Source: the human T2T-CHM13v2.0 reference genome, Homo sapiens
Assembly (NCBI RefSeq): GCF_009914755.1
Contig: NC_060930.1
DNA: 64,000 nt
Strand: one strand, 5' to 3'
In this document: positions 1 to 17,628 of the stretch, piece by piece
Position numbering within the stretch: position 1 is the stretch's first letter
How the letters are laid out: each line of letters starts with the position of its first letter
Notes under the pieces: generated by a model
Seen by the model: only the letters and a program-made list of their open reading frames with translations
The model's database searches: none
Told to the model about the DNA's origin: nothing
Position numbers and translations under genes: made by a program

Positions 1-2088
1 AAGTCTCTGAAGCAAGCTAGGTTTGAGCAGCCATGAGTAATACTCAAAATGAATATCTGTCTTAGTTCAGTTGCAGGAAACAGCAGTCGCTCTAGGTCAC
101 TCTAGCTATTTTAGGAGAAAAGGATTTAAAAGAGGAAGTTGTTGTGAGGACTGTAGACTGAACATTCAGGAATGAAGCCCTCAAAATACATTATTTAACT
201 GGCCTGCCAGAAGAACATCTACCTCTGTCACAATGGGAATGGAGGGGGCATTGGGAGACTGCTCCTTAGACAGTCAGACTCAGGTACATACCGCTGCAGC
301 AGTGACCCAGGGACCAAGGAACTGCCACCAGTGTACTTACCTCTTAACAACCCCAAAGCTAGTGAATGGAGCATGGCCCTGGGAAAACATTCCACACATC
401 CATGGCCAGTTTGCCAGCAGCAACAGCAGAAGCAACCTACTTCTTCCCTCTCTTGGGAATGTATTTAATTGGCAGATTAATTTGCATCCATGACTCTGGC
501 TATCAGATAGACTGTGAAAAGTATTCAGTTTTCCAGGCTGTTGCAGTTCAGATAGGCAATTAGAGGAGGCTGCAATGGCTGATGGTTGCCACTTCAATTC
601 AACCACTACAAGGTGGTCCTGAGCTCCTAGGAGTGAGCATCCTGGAGTCACACTTTATGTGGAAGAAAGGCACTGTCCTCTGCCCAAGACTGTATTGTGG
701 TCACCAGCAATTATCACACAAGAAGCCAACTCTCTGGGCCAGGCAGCTGTAGGAAGAGAAGCCCCATAGTAAGGATGCAAATGCTGGAGAATAGAAGGAC
801 TGAGGAAATTCTTTCCAGGGATAGCTGGAAAACACACCTGGGTTAGTTTTCTTTAATTAGGTTACTGTAAGTCTTTTTCTCTGATAGCTTGTTTATGTAA
901 GGGAAATACAATTTGATTTTGTTGTCATACATTGGTGAGGCCAGGGATGTGGGATTGAGTACAGTTCCTACACTTACAAAAACATTCAAAAGCAAACTTT
1001 GAACTCAAACTTTCACAACTCCCAAGCAAGATGGCAATAGAACCTATTCTACTCTATCTAAAGCCACGGCCAAAACAAGGCCATAAAATGTATGCTCAGA
1101 AGCATTTTAAAACTTATTTCCAAATATTAAGGACATTATGTATCTTTATTGAAAGGATAATAAACTTTCTTTTTGTTGTTTTATAAAAACAAATTGTATG
1201 TCAAGCCAATATTGAAATAAAATGGCACAGTTTTTCTGACTTATGAGAACACACAACACCTAGTTTTTAAACTGGGCAACACCGGATTACCTTTTAAGGG
1301 TAGCATTTGGAGTAAATTAAAACAGATGATGAAGCTGCACTGGGATTGATCTCATTGGTACTGGCTGAATGAATCACAGCTACAACCAAACGTATGAGCC
1401 TACAGATTGCACTGCTTTGTGTTAGGATTAAAAACAAAAACAAATTGATAAATAAATATGTTATTGAAATAAGAATGTACTCTTACTCTAGCTATGTTAT
1501 GAGTCATTCTTTCCAGGAGAAAACTCTTGCTTAAAAGGACTCTAATTATCTTCAACTGTGTCATTCTATTTAGTATGAATGCAGCCTTAAAATGAATAAA
1601 TTATTAACATTGGTAAAATAGCGTACATAAATGAGAATTATTATCAGTGAACTAGGGATTGTTTTTACAAAAATAAAGGTAATTATTTAAAACCTATAAA
1701 ACTAACGTTCAGATTCTAGCCTTGTAAGTTCTGTCAAGTTCTTACTAACACTACCCTTCACATAGTCTCCCCCTAGTTTCCATCACATCTTATGTATTCC
1801 TCTATTGCAGTATGAAGTGCCTTGAATTTTACAGCCAATATTTCTGCCTATAATTGTGTTGGAGACAAAAAGTTGACATACCAATAGGAAATTTATATAA
1901 GATATCAACAGTGGTGTACAATCTAATCTATTTGACGGATTTAGGATTCAGTATAACACTTAATAATCCAGAGAAAGGAGAAGAAGTATCAGATATGTTT
2001 GCAGATAAGTGATAAAATCTTTCCTGAATAAAGAGATCGAACTAAAGTTACCATCTGACTGGATATTTCTCAAATTTTTACATTAGTG

Positions 2089-2138
2089 AATATTTGTTAG
2101 GCACCCACTGGGTAAATATTTGTTAGGCACCCACTGGG
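2089..2138. repeat. Short tandem duplication (24-bp unit, 26-bp period)
   Basis: aatatttgttaggcacccactggg occurs at 2089-2112 and 2115-2138. Confidence 0.9.
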
Positions 2139-2564
2139 GAAGATAACACTTTTGGTTCCGTAACCAGTGCCAAAATATGAGATAAAAACAATGGTTCTCA
2201 ACTTACAGGTGGTAACCTTCTAGAATTCACAGGGATAAAAATAGGAAAGGAAATGGAAATGTAGGTATTCCTGAAATACTGTTGCTTTGTTTGTTTTTAG
2301 TAAATACTTGCCTCATGAATTATGTATTGTGCATGAGTAATATCTAGAAGAATACTAAGGTTATTACCAAACACAAACAATTCTTATCCTGACCCCTAAG
2401 AAAAAAAAGCATTAGTCCCGGGTTAAAAAGCAGATACCTGAAAAGCAAATAATAGGCTACAAAACATGAGGTAGGACACAGAGTGGAAAAAGGGCTGGAT
2501 ATAAATAATACCAAAATTACCAAACTGGGTCATAAGAAATTAATTTCATTATATAAATTAAATA

Positions 2565-2868
2565 TTTTTTTCTTTTTCTTTTTTTTTGAGATGCAGTCTC
2601 GCTCTGTCGCCCAGGCTGGAGTACAATGGCTCGACCTTGGATCACTGCAACCTCCGCCTCTTGGGTTCAAGCTATTCTCATGTCTCAGTATCCCAAGGAG
2701 GTGGGATTACACGCACCTGCCACTACGCCCCGCTAATTTTTGTATTTTTAGTAGAGATGGGGTTTCGCCATTTTGATCAGGTTGGGCTTAAACTCCTCAC
2801 CTCAGGGAGTCTCTCCACCTTGGCCTCTGAAAGTGCTGGATTACAGGCATGAGCCACCACACCCGGCC
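2565..2868 (-). mobile_element. Alu SINE (AluS, probably Sx-like)
   Basis: Poly-T, then the reverse complement of a dimeric Alu ending ...cacccggcc; TSD-like aattaaatattttt on both sides. Confidence 0.95.
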
Positions 2869-3140
2869 TGAATTAAATATTTTTAATTTGAATTTTAGAT
2901 GCTTGACTCAAGTTAAGGTTATTATAAATTGACACAGACTAAATTTTAGTGTGATTATTCTTCACTTCCTCTTCCTTCTTAACTCCTGAAATAACTTATA
3001 AGCCATATTGAGGAACAACCAACGCAATTAACTTATAAAAACTGCATATTAAATTAAATAAATAACATGAAATTATTTTTTCTCTGGGTACTTGCTTTGA
3101 TGCAGTTACTTCCCTCTTAATTTGGTATCACAGATTATTC

Positions 3141-4780
<1,640 letters not shown>

Positions 4781-4829
4781 TTAGCAGGCATTGAATCTTT
4801 AGGATGGCATTGAATCTAAAGTAATAGCA

Positions 4830-5462
4830 GGGTTTGAGAGGAATTTAGAATGCACAGTGAAGGAGGGAGAGGATGAGTACCACATGTTCTCTGTGGCCAA
4901 CCCCAGTGATGAGAGTGATCATTCAACCAACTTCCCTCTTCTAGGTCTCTCCTCAGGAAGAAAAGCCCACTTAAAATATGGAGGAGCTCTTCTTGAAGAA
5001 CTATTTGTGGAAGTAGATGTGTGGAGCTCTAGAATTGGACTGTGGCAGCCATTAAAATGCTTCATTCAGATCTCCTGCTGTGGAAGTGTAATTGACTGGT
5101 GGTCCTAGCTGCTGCCATTTCTTACCTACGGGGTGACCATTTATACTACATTTCGAGTAGCTGCTTTCACAGGGATACTAAAGCAGACCCACTCTTGCAA
5201 ACCTAGAATGCCTTGAACAACATAGGCTCAGGGACTCCCCATTATCCCGCCAAAGGTGTCTTGCGTTGTACAGCCCTTCCTAGTCAATTCTCCTTCTTGC
5301 TCCTTTTTATTCTCAGAGGTCAGATGTGTAGTTTGGTCTGAAGGCTCTCCTTACCTTCTGTGGCTCCTTCTCCTTTCTCCTTCACAGGTATTTTCCCCAA
5401 TAAATCTCCTGCATGTCTAATCTTTTATTAACAACTGTTTCTCAAAGGCTCAAACTAAAATG
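4830..5462 (+). mobile_element. Old ERVL-class solo LTR (LTR40/41/52-like)
   Basis: 3' end ...ttccccaataaatctcctgcatgtctaatc...ctcaaaggctcaaactaa resembles ERVL LTR R/U5 ends; family uncertain. Confidence 0.5.
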
Positions 5463-5949
5463 CTGTTTTTCTACAGTGTGGATCACAAACTGGAGGGGCA
5501 GTAAATGGATCAAATAGGCAAACCTCAAAGTTTTTAGAAAAAACTTGAAAAGTTTCAGAATTTTTGAAACCTAACATTATTTGTCAACTATATATACTGT
5601 AATAAAACTTTTTACTTCTCCATTTTCTGCAAGAAATATAATTAAGAGATCTCTATCATAATTATATATGAATCACCAAAATATAAAATTGGACATTTGA
5701 TTTAAACATTGTTAATTAAGTGCCTCATTTGCAAAATTATAAATTTTGTTCCTTTCATATTTCAATTGTTTTCATTAATAAGAAATGCCTTAATTTTCTA
5801 TTCTTCTCCAGTGTCCTTAAAATATTATGAATCTGTTAAATGCTGTGGTTAATAATTCAATTTATTTCTGTTTATGGCTTAAATTGTTTTTTTTAATAAA
5901 AGATTGCACACATGAACCTGCAACACGAAAATAGTGGCGTAAACGCTCA

Positions 5950-6400
5950 CATTCCATGCTTTAAAGTGGATAGAAACAACACTAATATCCATCAAGAGTA
6001 AAACTGATAAATCAGTAAATATCCACACAATAAGAAAATAATAATGACAGTGAATAAACACCTGCTAATATGCAATAACATGGATAAATCACAAACATAA
6101 TATTGAGTGAAAGAAGGCATATGCAAAAGAATACATAAGAATTCAAAAGAAGCAAGAGGATAAAAATTCAAAGAAGCAAATGTTAGGCTTCATGACAGAA
6201 GTGAAGATAGTGGCCCTATGTTGGGAGATGGGAAGGTGAAGTGATCAGGAAGGAGCCTGAAAGGGGCTCCTAGGGTATGATTGATGTTCTGATTCTTCAC
6301 TTGTGATGCTGTATAGGCATGTAGCTATTGGGACTATTCTTTTGTGATTTGTATACTTTTCTGTGTATATGATATGTTTGGATAAAAATGTTTAAAAATA
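5950..6400 (+). mobile_element. Ancient L1M (L1ME/MC-like) 3' end fragment
   Basis: aacatggataaatcacaaacataatattgagtgaaagaagg...atgttctgattctt...tgtatactttt is typical old L1 3'UTR. Confidence 0.65.
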
Positions 6401-6599
6401 AAGGTTAGCATTGAGATTGTGAGTTATACTTATACACCGCAAGTCCTTACGCATGTGAACTGACAGGATTGGTGTGTCATGCAAACGTGTTCAGTTCCCT
6501 AGTAAAGAGGATACGTGTATTTCCCTAAGTTTAACTAATTGCCATATAATATGAAGATCATCTTAGATGCTTTCGGAGGCCTTGCTTTGCTACTGGGAC

Positions 6600-7255
6600 A
6601 AAGTTAAAACTCCATTATATGCTACAAGTCCTACATTATCTAGTGGCCCAGTCATTCTGGCATTCTTTCCCATTTTGCTTCATACTCTGGATAAACTTGG
6701 ACTCTATGCCCCTTGCACACTACAACATATTGACATCTGCTGTTCCACCTGTCTGCGATGCTCTTCCTCCTCCATCTTAGTTAATTCTCACTCAGCATTT
6801 TGATTTCCACAAGGAAGGCTTTCCTGATTTTCTAACTAGTGTAAGTCTCCATAAAACTCTTGTGTTTCAGTGTTTTGCTTCATAGGACTTGTTACAGTTA
6901 AGATTTTTCATATAACTTGTGATTGTTTGCTTAAGTCCTGTCCAAGTTTGTATATTGTAACATTTGTGAGAATAGCCACCATGTCTGTTTTTGTTTGCTT
7001 GTTCATATTACTTTTTCATAGTTTGACTCACAGGCAGTTGTTAACGTAACTACAGAGTTTCCCTGTACCCTTCATGCAGCTTTCTTCAATTACAGAAGCT
7101 TAGATAACCATAATACATTGTCATAAACAGAAAACTAATATTGGTACAATATTATTAACCTAAATAAAATGCATGACTTTTAAAATTATCACTGTACATC
7201 ATTAATTTCTTGTATAGTGCCTTATACATAATTGGCTCCACACAAATATTTTTAA
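6600..7255 (+). mobile_element. L2 fragment, with an embedded old L1 piece at ~7020-7170
   Basis: ctgctgttccacctgtctgcgatgctcttcc, aggaaggctttcctga and atagtgcct...acataattggctc...aaatattt match L2 3' motifs. Confidence 0.5.
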
Positions 7256-9658
7256 ATCAGTATTGGCTAGATGAGAATATGGAAAAATCCTAACCTAAAT
7301 TTCCTCACCTATGAGAGCATAAGACTCCCTTACAAAACACCTTCACTTCCAGATTCCATGACTCATAAGATAGTGCCACTATCTTCCCTGAAAGTAATGT
7401 CTATTTATATTTTTCCAAAATTCTGATGTTTTCTTAATTTCTCTGCTCAATTTTTCCTAATGCCAATTCTCTGAAGTCAGAGTTAAAATATTGGATTTCA
7501 AGAAACTTCTACACTAAAGAAACAAACAGCATTCATTAACATTCTATTGTATAGAGTTAAGTAGCTCTGTAGGTGAGGTGGAATTATTCCCAGAAAAAGG
7601 AAATATTTGAAAGATCTCATTATATGAAAAAAAAATCATATGAGGCAATTTAATTCTAAATTTACTTGAGACACGGAACAGACCTGGGCACCATTAGATG
7701 GTGTTATAGGAATGTAGAGAAGACTTTCATCTTTCACCTTGATCCCCTAATATTATTTTTCTCCACATTGCTTACCTATAACATCCATTGATGCCCCAGC
7801 CTGCTCTGTTTTCCAAGAAAACTCAGAATTAAATAATCCAGATTTAAATGTTTGATGGTTGTTTAGTCATGACCACTAAACTCTGGATTGATACTTGTAT
7901 ATACTTATTACCAGTAAGACCATGTACCTAATTGCCCAAGGAACACATTTTAGGGTTTATTTTATTATATTCACATTTATGCATCAGCACCACCAATTCC
8001 CTAAGCCTTCCCCTACCAAGTCCAACCTCCAAATAAACATCTTCTTAATAGATGAGTTTAAAGAACAGAAGTATTAGATACCTTCTTACTTCCTCTTCTT
8101 TATTTTCACCCGTTCTTACCTAGATATATCTAAATACCAATCTGCAGTTTGAGTAGGCTTTTCTAAGCCCTGACTTTTCCAATCTTCTTTAAGGGAATAC
8201 AACCTAGCCCTATGCCCTAACTCAGGGTTGAAGGCTAGAAGTAATATCTAGTTCTACTTGATGAATTCCTGTGCATTAACTATTGTAGGGATTCTCTAGT
8301 TCTACCCTCCTTCATAATATTAAATTGTCTTGTCTTGAACAAGCCTGGAATTAAGATTGAGATAGTTTTGCCTCTTTATAGATGGTGTTCAGCCTATGAA
8401 GCTTCTCTGAAAGCAGTTTTTGAAGGGCATTCATTCCCTGTCTCTCTACCATCATGATGTGCAAGTCTGGAGTCACATAATTCTGTCATAGACTCTCTAC
8501 ACCTGTTCAGTTTGTTCCTACTTTATAATCATAAATGATGAAAATAAGAAACTTAATAAATTTTTTTCTAAAATGAAAAAAATGCTATTTCTTGTTTTCC
8601 ATTAAGAAAATATCAATTTCTCCCAAGTGCTAAATATAAATAGCGATTTCAATAGCTGGGAGAGAGAAAAGTATATTCACTGCTAAATTCTATTTAATTA
8701 CCTTTTTGTATTTCACAGCATGAATATATTCATCACTGACTGTTTACAAGTGACTGAAGTAATTATCAGGAAAAATTATTTCATTTTGATTACTAGAAAA
8801 GCCTCTTTTAAGTTATTAAAATCTTCAGGCAAATGCAAAACCTATAATTATGCATTTGAAAACAAGGCAGCATTTCACAGCCATTAAAACACCTCTTTCC
8901 TGAAGGAAGGAAGGCAATGTTACTGTTATTTACGTTGTAAAGCACAGTCCAAAGACAGGACCCAGAGAGCTTCAAGAATTAAATACTCACCAAAGGATAT
9001 TAGCATGTGCCATCAGAGTGTAGTCTAAATGGTTGATCCAGAGTCCCACATGCCTGATTGAATTAAACTACATTCAGTTATTAAAAAGGTAAAACATTCC
9101 AAATTATCCATGCCAAAGAGATATCAAAATGGAATAATTTAAATCAATTCTTTCTGAAGTTAAGTCAGGAGACCAGAAGGCATTCAATATGTGAAATATT
9201 CTAAGAATTACACATTATATTTACTTTTAACACAGAGTAACGGAAGTGCAAATAAGGTTTAAGTACGTATAACCTAATTTTAGTTTAAAAAATTGTGTGT
9301 ACTCTTCCTGATAGTGGCCATTCTTGTATTATTATCTAAGTGAAAGCAATATAAAAAGATTTTTTCCATGTCCTGATTTAATGGCCATAATCTAAATACA
9401 ATCTTCACGATGAGTATAATTCTACTACATTTTATTTCTTGTTGAAATTTTAGCAGCTACCCTCCCCAAAAAAATATATATTTTAGCCATTGTAGCATAT
9501 GAAAAGCCAGTGGAAACTTTATTGCATAGACATAAACATTTTGACCAGAGAGGATGTTTTCATCTTTTTATACATATACCTGGAATCTGCTTAATTTTTC
9601 TGATCTATACTGGCCCATTTACTTGTGTTTTCTTATTAAAAATCCCTTTGAAGAATCA

Positions 9659-9987
<329 letters not shown>

Positions 9988-10964
9988 TCACATATAATGT
10001 AGCATAAGATACTAAAACAAAACAAAAAAAAACAAAAGAAAACAAAACGAAACATGGTATTAACAGCAGGCACTAGGCAATAGCGTTTGAGTTACTTTGC
10101 CTGATTCACAGCGGTGCAAGGGGCTGCTGCATAAACCTTTCCAGGACTGAGAAAAGAGGTCAGAGACAATTGGTAACTAAAAGTAGAATCTATAAAGAGT
10201 TTGGTAATGATCTAATTCTATACTGAAGATGTGAAAAAATATGTAAACAGCTAAACCATATAAATTAGGGGGAAAAAAACTATGTTTTCAGAATCAAAAG
10301 CATTTGAATCTTGCTCCTTGTAAGTGGCACTATAATGAGCAAGATGACAGTTTTTATTTTATAATGAGAAGTTAGGTGTTTGTAATTTGAAATCTATGAG
10401 ATAAAAAGGATGTTTTTTTTATTAGAAAACCTTACTGAATAAGTTTCAATTATGTGTAAGAAAAAAATATGAAAATATTCTTCTCATTTCTTCTCCACAG
10501 GATATTTTATTGAGTCATGATCTGGAATAACAAGTTAATAGTAAGTTAATAACAGTTTTACGTGAGCTAATTGGGAATCTTTCTTATTTAAAATAATATT
10601 GGTAAAATAGAAATTGGTTATAGAATCTACTAACACAGAATAACATAGAAATAGTCAAACATAAAGAAATTGTGACATGATAAGCACATACACAGAGTAA
10701 TATGTGGACATACACATTACTCTGAGTTAAAAAGACAGCCTGAGAAAGCTGTTACATAAGAATGCAATAGTTTTGATAAAACAAATCAATATCTCAATGC
10801 CATGTTTGTTACATGAGAAGATGTGTAATGTTACAGTCTCTAGGAATGTATAAAGTGAGTGTTTGAGTCAATTTTTAATTGCTATTAGCTAAGTTATTTC
10901 TGAACATATTAGCCTTATAGGTTAGCAAAGTGAATGTCAATTCTTGGATTCATGAAGTTGAAAG

Positions 10965-11125
10965 CACAAGGACTTCGGTCAGATATTTAAAACCTAGCTC
11001 CACTGCAGCCGAGTTGTGTGACCATGGAGAAAATACTGTATTTTCCTGTGCCTGCATTGCCTTATCTACAAAGTTTCTTTCAAAAATTGTTTTAAGAATT
11101 AGGTAAAATAATGTTTGAAAGGGTT
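10965..11125 (+). mobile_element. MIR SINE fragment
   Basis: aaacctagctccact...gttgtgtgaccatgg...ctgtgcctgcattgccttatctacaaa resembles the MIR core. Confidence 0.55.
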
Positions 11126-11419
11126 CATTATTTATATCTCTGTTACCTCCTGTATTGTGAATAATGATATATAATTAAAAAGTATTTGTGTTTTTGAGAG
11201 CATATATAAGGACTTAAAAATAAAAGTATTGGAATGTTTATCAATCAAGAAGCTTGTTTTGGGAGTTAAAACAAGATTTGCTTAAGTTTTAGTCTTAAAA
11301 CTCAGAGTTGCTGAGGAAGAAGTACTAAACATCATTATGGTTAACTCTACTGACTAAATTTATTTCCTCAACACTTTTCTTTAACGGCATACATGCATTT
11401 TTTTCTGATTTTCCAAGGC

Positions 11420-11815
11420 TACTGGGCAATGAAGGAACTGTAGCTGTGCCTGGGGCAGCATTGGAAGAAGAAGTTGAGAGTTGGGTTTTGAGCCTGTTGG
11501 TTCTCAAGCAGCTTGAAGATGTTCAAGTCAAGATGTCAGATAGACAGTTATGTATGTGGATCCACATCTCAGAAAAAAAGATTTGGATTGATGAGCTGAA
11601 CTTGGAAATCATTACCATATGGTTACAATTACAACCACAATTACAGATAAGTTGCCTATAAAGAAGAGTATGCAGAGAAGAGAAGAGAAAATTGATCAAT
11701 ATTCATTCTTGTCAGACCCACAATCTAAGGGAAAATAGAGCAGAGGACATGCAGTGGAGTCTGGACTGAGAAAGAGTAACAGGAAAAAATGAGGGCAATC
11801 AGGAGAGAACAGGGT
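11420..11815 (-). mobile_element. L2 fragment
   Basis: gagagttgggttttgagc...gatgtcagatagacagttatgtatgtggatc...aacttggaaatcatt is a typical antisense L2 pattern. Confidence 0.55.
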
Positions 11816-12043
11816 CAAAGACCCCACCACTACATAAAGACATCTGAAACTAAAGTTATTGTGGACCTCAGGCATCCTCTTTTACAAGTTAATAAAAACA
11901 TATCTCCTACACAATCCTTGATTTCATTCCCTGGTGCTGCAGTCCACAAGCTAAATTTCTTCCTCAGAGTGCTTTCAACTGGTTGGAAGAGACCCCCGCC
12001 AATTTATTAAGGGTAATCTTTATTTAAAGTCAACTGATGATTG

Positions 12044-13250
12044 AGGAGGGGCTTCAAGATGACCAACTAGAGGAATCTGGTGCTCCTTTTATCTAAAAAG
12101 GAGAAACAAAATAGTGATGAGATAATCATATTTCAAATAGATTAGATAGATATAACACTGGAATTCAACAGAGGAGTGACAGGAAACACCTAATGCAAAG
12201 AAGATGAGGGAAGTGAGGCAGCCTGCTTGGCCTGAATTGGCTGGGAAACTGGAGATGCTCCCCAGTGTGGGGAAAAGGTAAGTGAGACATCCCCAGTTGT
12301 CCACAATCCTATTGCAGACTCCTGCAGTCTTAGCCACAAGACAACCCCTTGACCCTTTTGGGCCCTGAGATTAACAGAGAGAGCTACCTGGAGTCCACAT
12401 GAAGGCATTGCCCCAAAGAAGATCATGATGGGTCCCCACATATTCCAAGTCCTAAGCAGCTACAGCAAGGTGCCATATTGAAAGCCCAGCCCCGACCAGA
12501 CTGCATCTTGCCTGGGGCCCCACAGTCCATATATCTTCACATCTCTGGAGCCCTATTGACATTTCCCACCTGCAGTTACCACCACTGCTGGTTGCTGTGG
12601 CCAAGCCCAACATATGAGCCACTGGCTTTGATCCTGCCATTCCCAGCAGTGGACTGCCATGCATTACAAGCACCCTTGAGACAGGGTAGCTACCCTACCT
12701 GAAACTACCACCTGGGGCCAAAGCACATGCTCTCTGCCACCTGCCTAGAGACAAAGCCACTGAAAGTAACCCTGCCCTCCTAGCACTAGGGCCAAAACTC
12801 ACCTCCTTCTGCCTTGAACATTCCAATGCAGGCCCGGGGATAACCAACCTATGCCTATCATGGCCAGCACCCACTAGTGGGACTGAGGACATGCCTGCAC
12901 GTCCCAGCTCTGTAATCCCCAGTGTACAAGCATGCTGTCCATGGGCTGGGAGGGTTCTCAGCCCCATCCGCCACTATTGGCACCTGAGCGCTCCTCCTGG
13001 GGGCCTGAGATTGGGCCCACCCAACCTGCAGCTACCATTACATCATGCACCCACCCACAAGTGTCACATCTGGGCCTGGGGACTGGCCTTCTCAGACTGT
13101 TGCAGTCAACACCAACATCAGCAGAAACTGCCTGAGATCCAGAAGGTTGTTCCTCCACTACCACTGCCATCACCCATGCCACATCCACCACCTAGAGTCC
13201 CAAGAACCCACTCACCTGGTTGGCCCACCACCTCCATTGCTAGAACCAAG
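12044..13250 (+). mobile_element. Old L1 5' UTR (L1M2/L1PB-type 5' end)
   Basis: Starts gaggaggggcttcaagatgaccaactagaggaatctgg...aacactggaattcaacagaggagtgacaggaaacacc, followed by a GC-rich repetitive UTR; explains the cluster of short ORFs here. Confidence 0.75.
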
Positions 13251-15378
13251 GAAGCTGTTCTAAAAATAATTCTTACTAGTTACTAGTGTAACAATTTCCT
13301 ACTGACAGATTAAGACAATTCACATGAGTAACTAGCTGCAAAACACCAGAAATAAACTACCCCATTCCTCTCACATCCCTTGAAACTCAATACAAAAAGC
13401 AAAACAACTATATTTTAGACTGAACACTGCTTTCTGAAAAATCTCACCATGTAATAATTTTAATATATTATAGGAAAACAAAATAATCATTTGTAGAATT
13501 TAAAATCATAAATTCCTATTAACAGTACCTATCATGTTCACTAATACACAGAGGTAATGTAGCCTAGTCGTTAAAAGGGTGAGATTACCCATGACTCCTC
13601 TGAGATATCATGATATAAATACTAACTGGATATTAAATTCTGTAGTGTTATTTCTTACTATCAGATATTGTGAAAAACAACGTAGGAACCAAAAGAGGAT
13701 CTAAGGTATGTAATTACAATGCTATAGGCACACAAACATCTTGTCATAACCTTAACTATCAGGCCACTGGCAATGAAATGAATTTACAGTTTCTTTCTCA
13801 GTGTTTATTTTGCTTTCCCAAATATCTTCAACATCAGTAAAAAAAAAAATTCACCTTGAGGGTATGCTATTATTCCAGAACTGTACATAAAGGATATTAC
13901 AGCATTTGTTCTTTTGTTCCCAACCACATAACACACCTCACCTTTATGACTGCAGGATAATAATGCAAGTCCCAGACAAGGAGCCTGATGCTTTTATAGG
14001 TGATTATATGGAAACCAGGTAATATCTAGCTATGTACTTTTTTACAGGACATTTTACATTCATTAGTCATGAAATTTCAGCATAATGTGATGTTATAGTA
14101 TATTTCTGTGTTCCAAAATCTACTAGAAAGAAATTCAATAAAGTTTAGAAGACTACAAATGTAAAACTACATGATCAACACAATGATCTGTAAAACCTTT
14201 GTGTTTGGAGGGGATCGGCACTTGTAAGAATCAGATCAGTGACAATAAAGAAAGATTCTGTGTTGACTGCATCAGAGTCGTCAAAATGCAAAACAATAAA
14301 ATTGCTTTAAGTGTTTAAGAATAGCCAGATCATAGTTCATAGTTTCAGAAAAAGTGAGTTATGTGTCTGAGCTTAGATGCTATGAGATATACTGCCAAAT
14401 TTCAATACATATCTTTATACACTTATTACAAAAAATATATTTACAAAAGCATCCTCTCCAAGATTTATGGGACAGATAAATCAAAGCAATAGTTAATAGA
14501 TTTTCAGGGAGAAAAGTACTGCAGTAAATAATTTTTACCTACATTCCAGGCTTGTGATAATCATTGTCATAATTTCTGGCATGCTCTAAATTCCGTATAA
14601 TAATTCCATTTAAAGAAAAAGAGAATTCTTATGATTATAAGGAAATGTCCTAATCCCGATTTTTAAATGTAGACATTTGAAATTTTCTTTTGCCAATAAT
14701 CCATGTAGTGTTTATTATATGTGAGAAGATATGAATAGCAGTTTAAAAAACGTGTTAGAAAAAAATAGCGATATAGCTGATAGAGTAATTTAAAACTCTG
14801 ACATTTACATAGAGTTGGCACATTTCAGATCTATCCATATTTTTTTGGTACTTGTGAAATTTGTAAAGCCAGCTAAGAACTTTATTTTATAAGAAATATC
14901 TCACACTATAAGCTTATCTAGTGGTTGCTACACTCTCCAATCAGTGAGTTGTATTTTCCTTTTTTTCTCAGGGCATATTCCAATAAAATATATAATAAAA
15001 CATATAGCCAAAAACTTTTAAATGCAAACTGAACTATTATAGCTTTTGACAAACGGAGAGCTATCCTTATTTTCATTATGACACTCTAAATAAAACTCTG
15101 AGGGTGATCACCAGAAAAAATAACAAGCTTTGAGATTGTTTCCCAGGGTGGAAAGTTGTCATAAGCACCCAGGTTAAGAACACAAACCCAGGTTAGGTGA
15201 TGCCATGGGGGTGAACATTCCTGAGGATATATTCTTATTTAGGGGGCCTCTGATCTGCATGATCTCACCTTTGTAACACTTAAAGACATCAGACGTAAAT
15301 TTACCTATCAATTTATGAAGAGAAGCACCCTGACAAGATGCACAATGTTCTGGATCAAGGGTTAGAAGATCTATCTTC

Positions 15379-15721
<343 letters not shown>

Positions 15722-16325
15722 TCAAATATAATCTGAATACTGTACAGTAGCTATAAAACAAGGAATTTGCCAAGATAATGTCTCTTCTATCTCTAATATT
15801 CTGTAATTTAAAACGTTAATGTATATTTAGCAGACTCTGATCATGCTTGGAATTGTGCCAGTTACCAGAGGTTAAAGAATGACAGTACTAAAGAAATAAT
15901 GATATTGCCTTCAAGAAACTTAATTTAGCAAAGACATACTTGGAATAATTATGGACTGTCAGAGAAACATTGTAGAATGTTTCTAAATGTTTAGAAGTAG
16001 AATGTACAGAAATAAGTTAGTTAGACAATCGTTGCAAAAAGAGAAAAGAAAGAGAGGGAGAGAGACTCAAAGACCCTCTAGAATGGGTAAAATCCAAAAG
16101 ACTGAGAGCACAAAATGCTGGCAAGGATGTACAACCACTAAAGTAATTTTACGTGGCTGAGAGAAGAATAAGGGAGATATTTTCGATAACTCTGGTTTTT
16201 CTTTAAAATAATTTTATAACAGTTCCTCTTGCTTGGAGTTCCAATTTACTTGAATAAATTCCATTCACTCAAAATAAATAAAAATATATGTCAAAAAAAG
16301 GGCTCATACAAAAATATTCATAGCT

Positions 16326-16640
<315 letters not shown>

Positions 16641-16784
16641 GCTTTCTTATATTTTAAAATATAAATTTTTCTTCAACTTCTTTATCAATACATACAATAC
16701 ATATATTATATATCACATAATATACATAATATAATTATATATTATGTAATATATATTATAATATATATAATTTAAAAAGATATA

Positions 16785-17580
<796 letters not shown>

Positions 17581-17628
17581 AACTCATGACAAGATACTTT
17601 AAAGCAAGTAAGTTTAGGAATAACTTCC

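Noticed and set aside
1-840. Cluster of short ORFs; possible old MaLR/ERVL LTR
   Set aside because: No protein homology recognised and the repeat similarity is too weak to name.
1291-1399. Possible minus-strand exon (tgtAG...aag|GTaatc)
   Set aside because: Weak polypyrimidine tract, stops in the frames I read, and no recognisable protein.
2483-2852. Alu-derived ORFs (here and at other Alus)
   Set aside because: Typical antisense-Alu translations (…SVAQAGVQW…), not genes.
12089-13286. Many overlapping 70-130-aa ORFs in a GC-richer island
   Set aside because: Explained by an old L1 5'UTR; CpG-poor, so not a CpG-island gene.
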